Assembly (NCBI RefSeq): GCF_018350175.1
Contig: NC_058368.1
Span: 197,410,001-197,474,000 of the forward strand
Reading direction: 5' to 3'
DNA length: 64,000 nt
Origin: Felis catus
Taxonomy: Eukaryota
In this document: positions 61,651-64,000 of the stretch, piece by piece
Layout of the letters: the number at the start of each line of letters is the position of its first letter
Position numbering within the stretch: the first letter of the stretch is position 1
Notes under the pieces: model-generated
The model's database searches: none
What the model was told of the DNA's origin: nothing
The model's input: the letters and a program-made list of their open reading frames with translations, nothing else
Translations under genes and position numbers: made by a program

Positions 61651-63506
61651 GTCACCGTGATCATTTCCTTTGTCATCGTCATCATCAACTTCACCGTTTT
61701 TGCCGAGGGCTCTTTCTACTCTGATGTTGTATGTTCATTCCAGGCTTTGTTGCTTGATGGGAGATGGAATGCTTCTTAATTCTATTTCTAACCCAGTGGG
61801 GGCTTCAGGCCTGCCTGCCAGAAATAAGCCAACCCGAGGCTGAGTGCCTGGGAAACCACCCCCCCCACCCCCCGCTGGCCATTGCCCCCTGGGCCAAACC
61901 ACATTCTGAGAATATTCTGAGAATATTCTGTCTCAGCTAAGTTCCTCAAGTACATTGTGAACCTGATACGCTTAAGGCATCCGAGTCATGTTCTGAACTC
62001 AGTGGAGTCCCCTATAGACGCCAGCGGGCAGACATCAACCTTGACTTTCCTTCTTAATTCAGTCATCGAGTGACCTTGGCCAAGTCGTTGTTTCATTATC
62101 ACAGGGAATCTGGGTTTACAGCCCTCCTCTCTCCCAGCTCACGGGACTGGGGGGGGGGGGATGGTGGAGGTGGTGTCATAGGCCAACAGGTAGTTGGGGA
62201 TGGGACAGCTGGCAAACTGTGTAAGACACAGATGTTAGGTGGGAAAGCGAGCCTCGTTTGGTGTTACCCCTGAGACAGTGGGATCCCTGGGGCGTCTCAA
62301 GGCCTGAAGCAAGTCCAGCAAGACAGGGTAAGTGACGCTCCAGGACCTGTGCCCGGGGCTGCTGTCAGACCCTTGTGCTTGTCTTGCTACTTCCCTGGGA
62401 AATCCATCACCTCCCCGGCTTTCTCTCAGGGGCCGGCTTTGAGTAAACGATTCAGTGAGGTCACGCCGTCAGAAGGCAAGGCACGCTGGTTTGCTCTGCT
62501 TTTCATTGGAGACTCACTTGAAACACTGATGTACTCACTGCTGATGACTTCAGGCATCTTGCCATGAAGGGGGTGGGGGGGGATAGCGGTGGTGAAGAAT
62601 GAAGCTGTTTATAAGAGCAGCTTCCCGTTGGTACGAGGAGGCATACAACGTCCTCTAGAGGGACAGGATCCCGCACGCATCACACTGTTTGCTTCTGGCC
62701 AGGAGGGCCTGTACGGGGTTTGGAGCAGACGTTACAACAACGGATCGCTCATCTCTAAGTAGAGGCCGCACGGTTGCACAGCCCTGATACGTGCTCAAGT
62801 CTGTGCGTGAACCCGTAACTACCCTTCAACTCTGCCCTCCTGGCTCAAGGAGCCCCTCACGGGCTGGGACGGAATCTTGGCTCTGCAGCTTGTAGCTCTG
62901 GAGTCTGGGGCGAGTGTTTTCACCTTAGTTTCTCGTTTGCACATCAGGAACAGTAGTGCCTGCCTCCGCCAGTTGTACTCCTACTAAGCGAGATAATGCG
63001 TGCGTGTGTTGAACACAGCACCTGGCCCAGACCAAGCGCTCGCTACGTGGCAACCGCTGCTACCGTTGCGATCCTAGGAATTGGGAAACCGAAGTAGGGA
63101 AAGCGGGGAGATGGGACTCGAACTCTGGCACGTAACCCAGTCGCGTATTTCTCACCATAGCGTAAAATACGCGACCAGCACCTTGGCGGGCAGATTCCGT
63201 CGCCTTGCTTGCTTGAAAGCTGGAACACGGAGCCCACGTTCCCTAACACGGAGTCCCTAAGCTTTTTTGATCATGTGCTCTGTCTGCAGGATAATGGCAA
63301 GTCCTCCTCCATAATGAACTGCATTTCCTTATTTGTAAATTGCATACATGCACCAATACACTATCAAGTACATTATAAAACACATAAAAGTTTGAAAAAG
63401 CTAAAATAAAAGCAAATGTCAAGAGAGGCTCTCCTATTTCCTTCCTTTTTTGGTGACCTCGGTGCTTTGCTGTTGGTGGCACTGGGGGCGGAAGAGAGGC
63501 TCTTTT

Positions 63507-63711
63507 GGGGGTGTCCAGGTGGCTCAGTCAGTTAAGCGTCTGACTCTTAATTTCGGCTCAGGTCATGACCTCATGGTTTGTTAGATCGAGCCCCACGTCA
63601 GGCTCTGTGCTGGCAGTGAGGAACCTGCTTGGGATTCTCTCTCTCCCTCTCTGCCCCTCCCCCGCTCATCCTCTCTCACAAAGCAAATAAATAAGCATTA
63701 AAAAAGAAAAG
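63507..63711 (+). mobile_element. Can-SINE (older copy)
   Basis: Head 'gggggtgtccaggtggctcagtcagttaagcg'. Flanked by agagaggct on both sides. Confidence 0.93.
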
Positions 63712-63901
63712 AGAGAGGCTGTTCTGTCGGGCCCCCTGCTGCAAGGATCAAATGAAACAACATCCTTCATAAAGCAGTTATAGGATTTCAGTTACGTTTG
63801 TGATTGTTGTTGGTGAACTCATGTATGTGCACAAGTGATAATAATGACAAGAAAGTCTCCTGAGGGTTATAGTTTAATGGTAACAATAGAGCTACACTTT
63901 G

Positions 63902-64000
63902 TTTTTTTTTTTTTTTAACGTTTATTTATTTTTGAGACAGAGAGAGACAGAGCATGAACGGGGGAGGGTCAGAGAGAGAGAGGGAGACACAGAATCCGAA
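63902..64000 (-). mobile_element. Can-SINE (cut by the window end)
   Basis: T tail followed by 'tttattttgagacagagagagacagagcatgaacggggg'. Confidence 0.93.

Noticed and set aside
1..64000. Assignment of a host gene name
   Set aside because: No recognisable coding exon. A BLAT against a cat assembly would be needed.

Overview
Mammalian, almost certainly felid (cat-family), non-coding genomic DNA, either intronic or intergenic. The evidence is about 20 carnivore tRNA-derived Can-SINEs (SINEC_Fc-like), most with visible target-site duplications (TSDs). Also present are a carnivore L1 3' end, old L1M fragments, many MIR and L2 relics, MaLR/ERVL LTRs (MLT1/MLT2-like) and hAT DNA-transposon relics (MER5, MER20, MER58-like). 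No credible protein-coding gene is visible: the ORF track is chance ORFs, repeat read-throughs and one L1 ORF2 C-terminal fragment, and I cannot identify the host gene. The most unusual signal is a set of non-transposon, locally templated duplications: an exact 61-bp copy (28867-28927 = 30493-30553) pasted into a MIR, a ~118-bp inverted duplication 0.93 kb apart (50126-50243 / 51175-51291) with a snap-back junction, and several patchwork hairpin/repeat scars (39.8, 54.2, 57.6, 13.7 kb). These resemble template-switching or polymerase-theta repair footprints, and the two long ones abut G/C runs. Also notable are a + strand G-U-compatible RNA stem at 9301-9439, a strong CTCF motif at 18869 and a few + strand exon-like splice signals. 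Old-repeat boundaries and subfamily names were judged by eye and are approximate.
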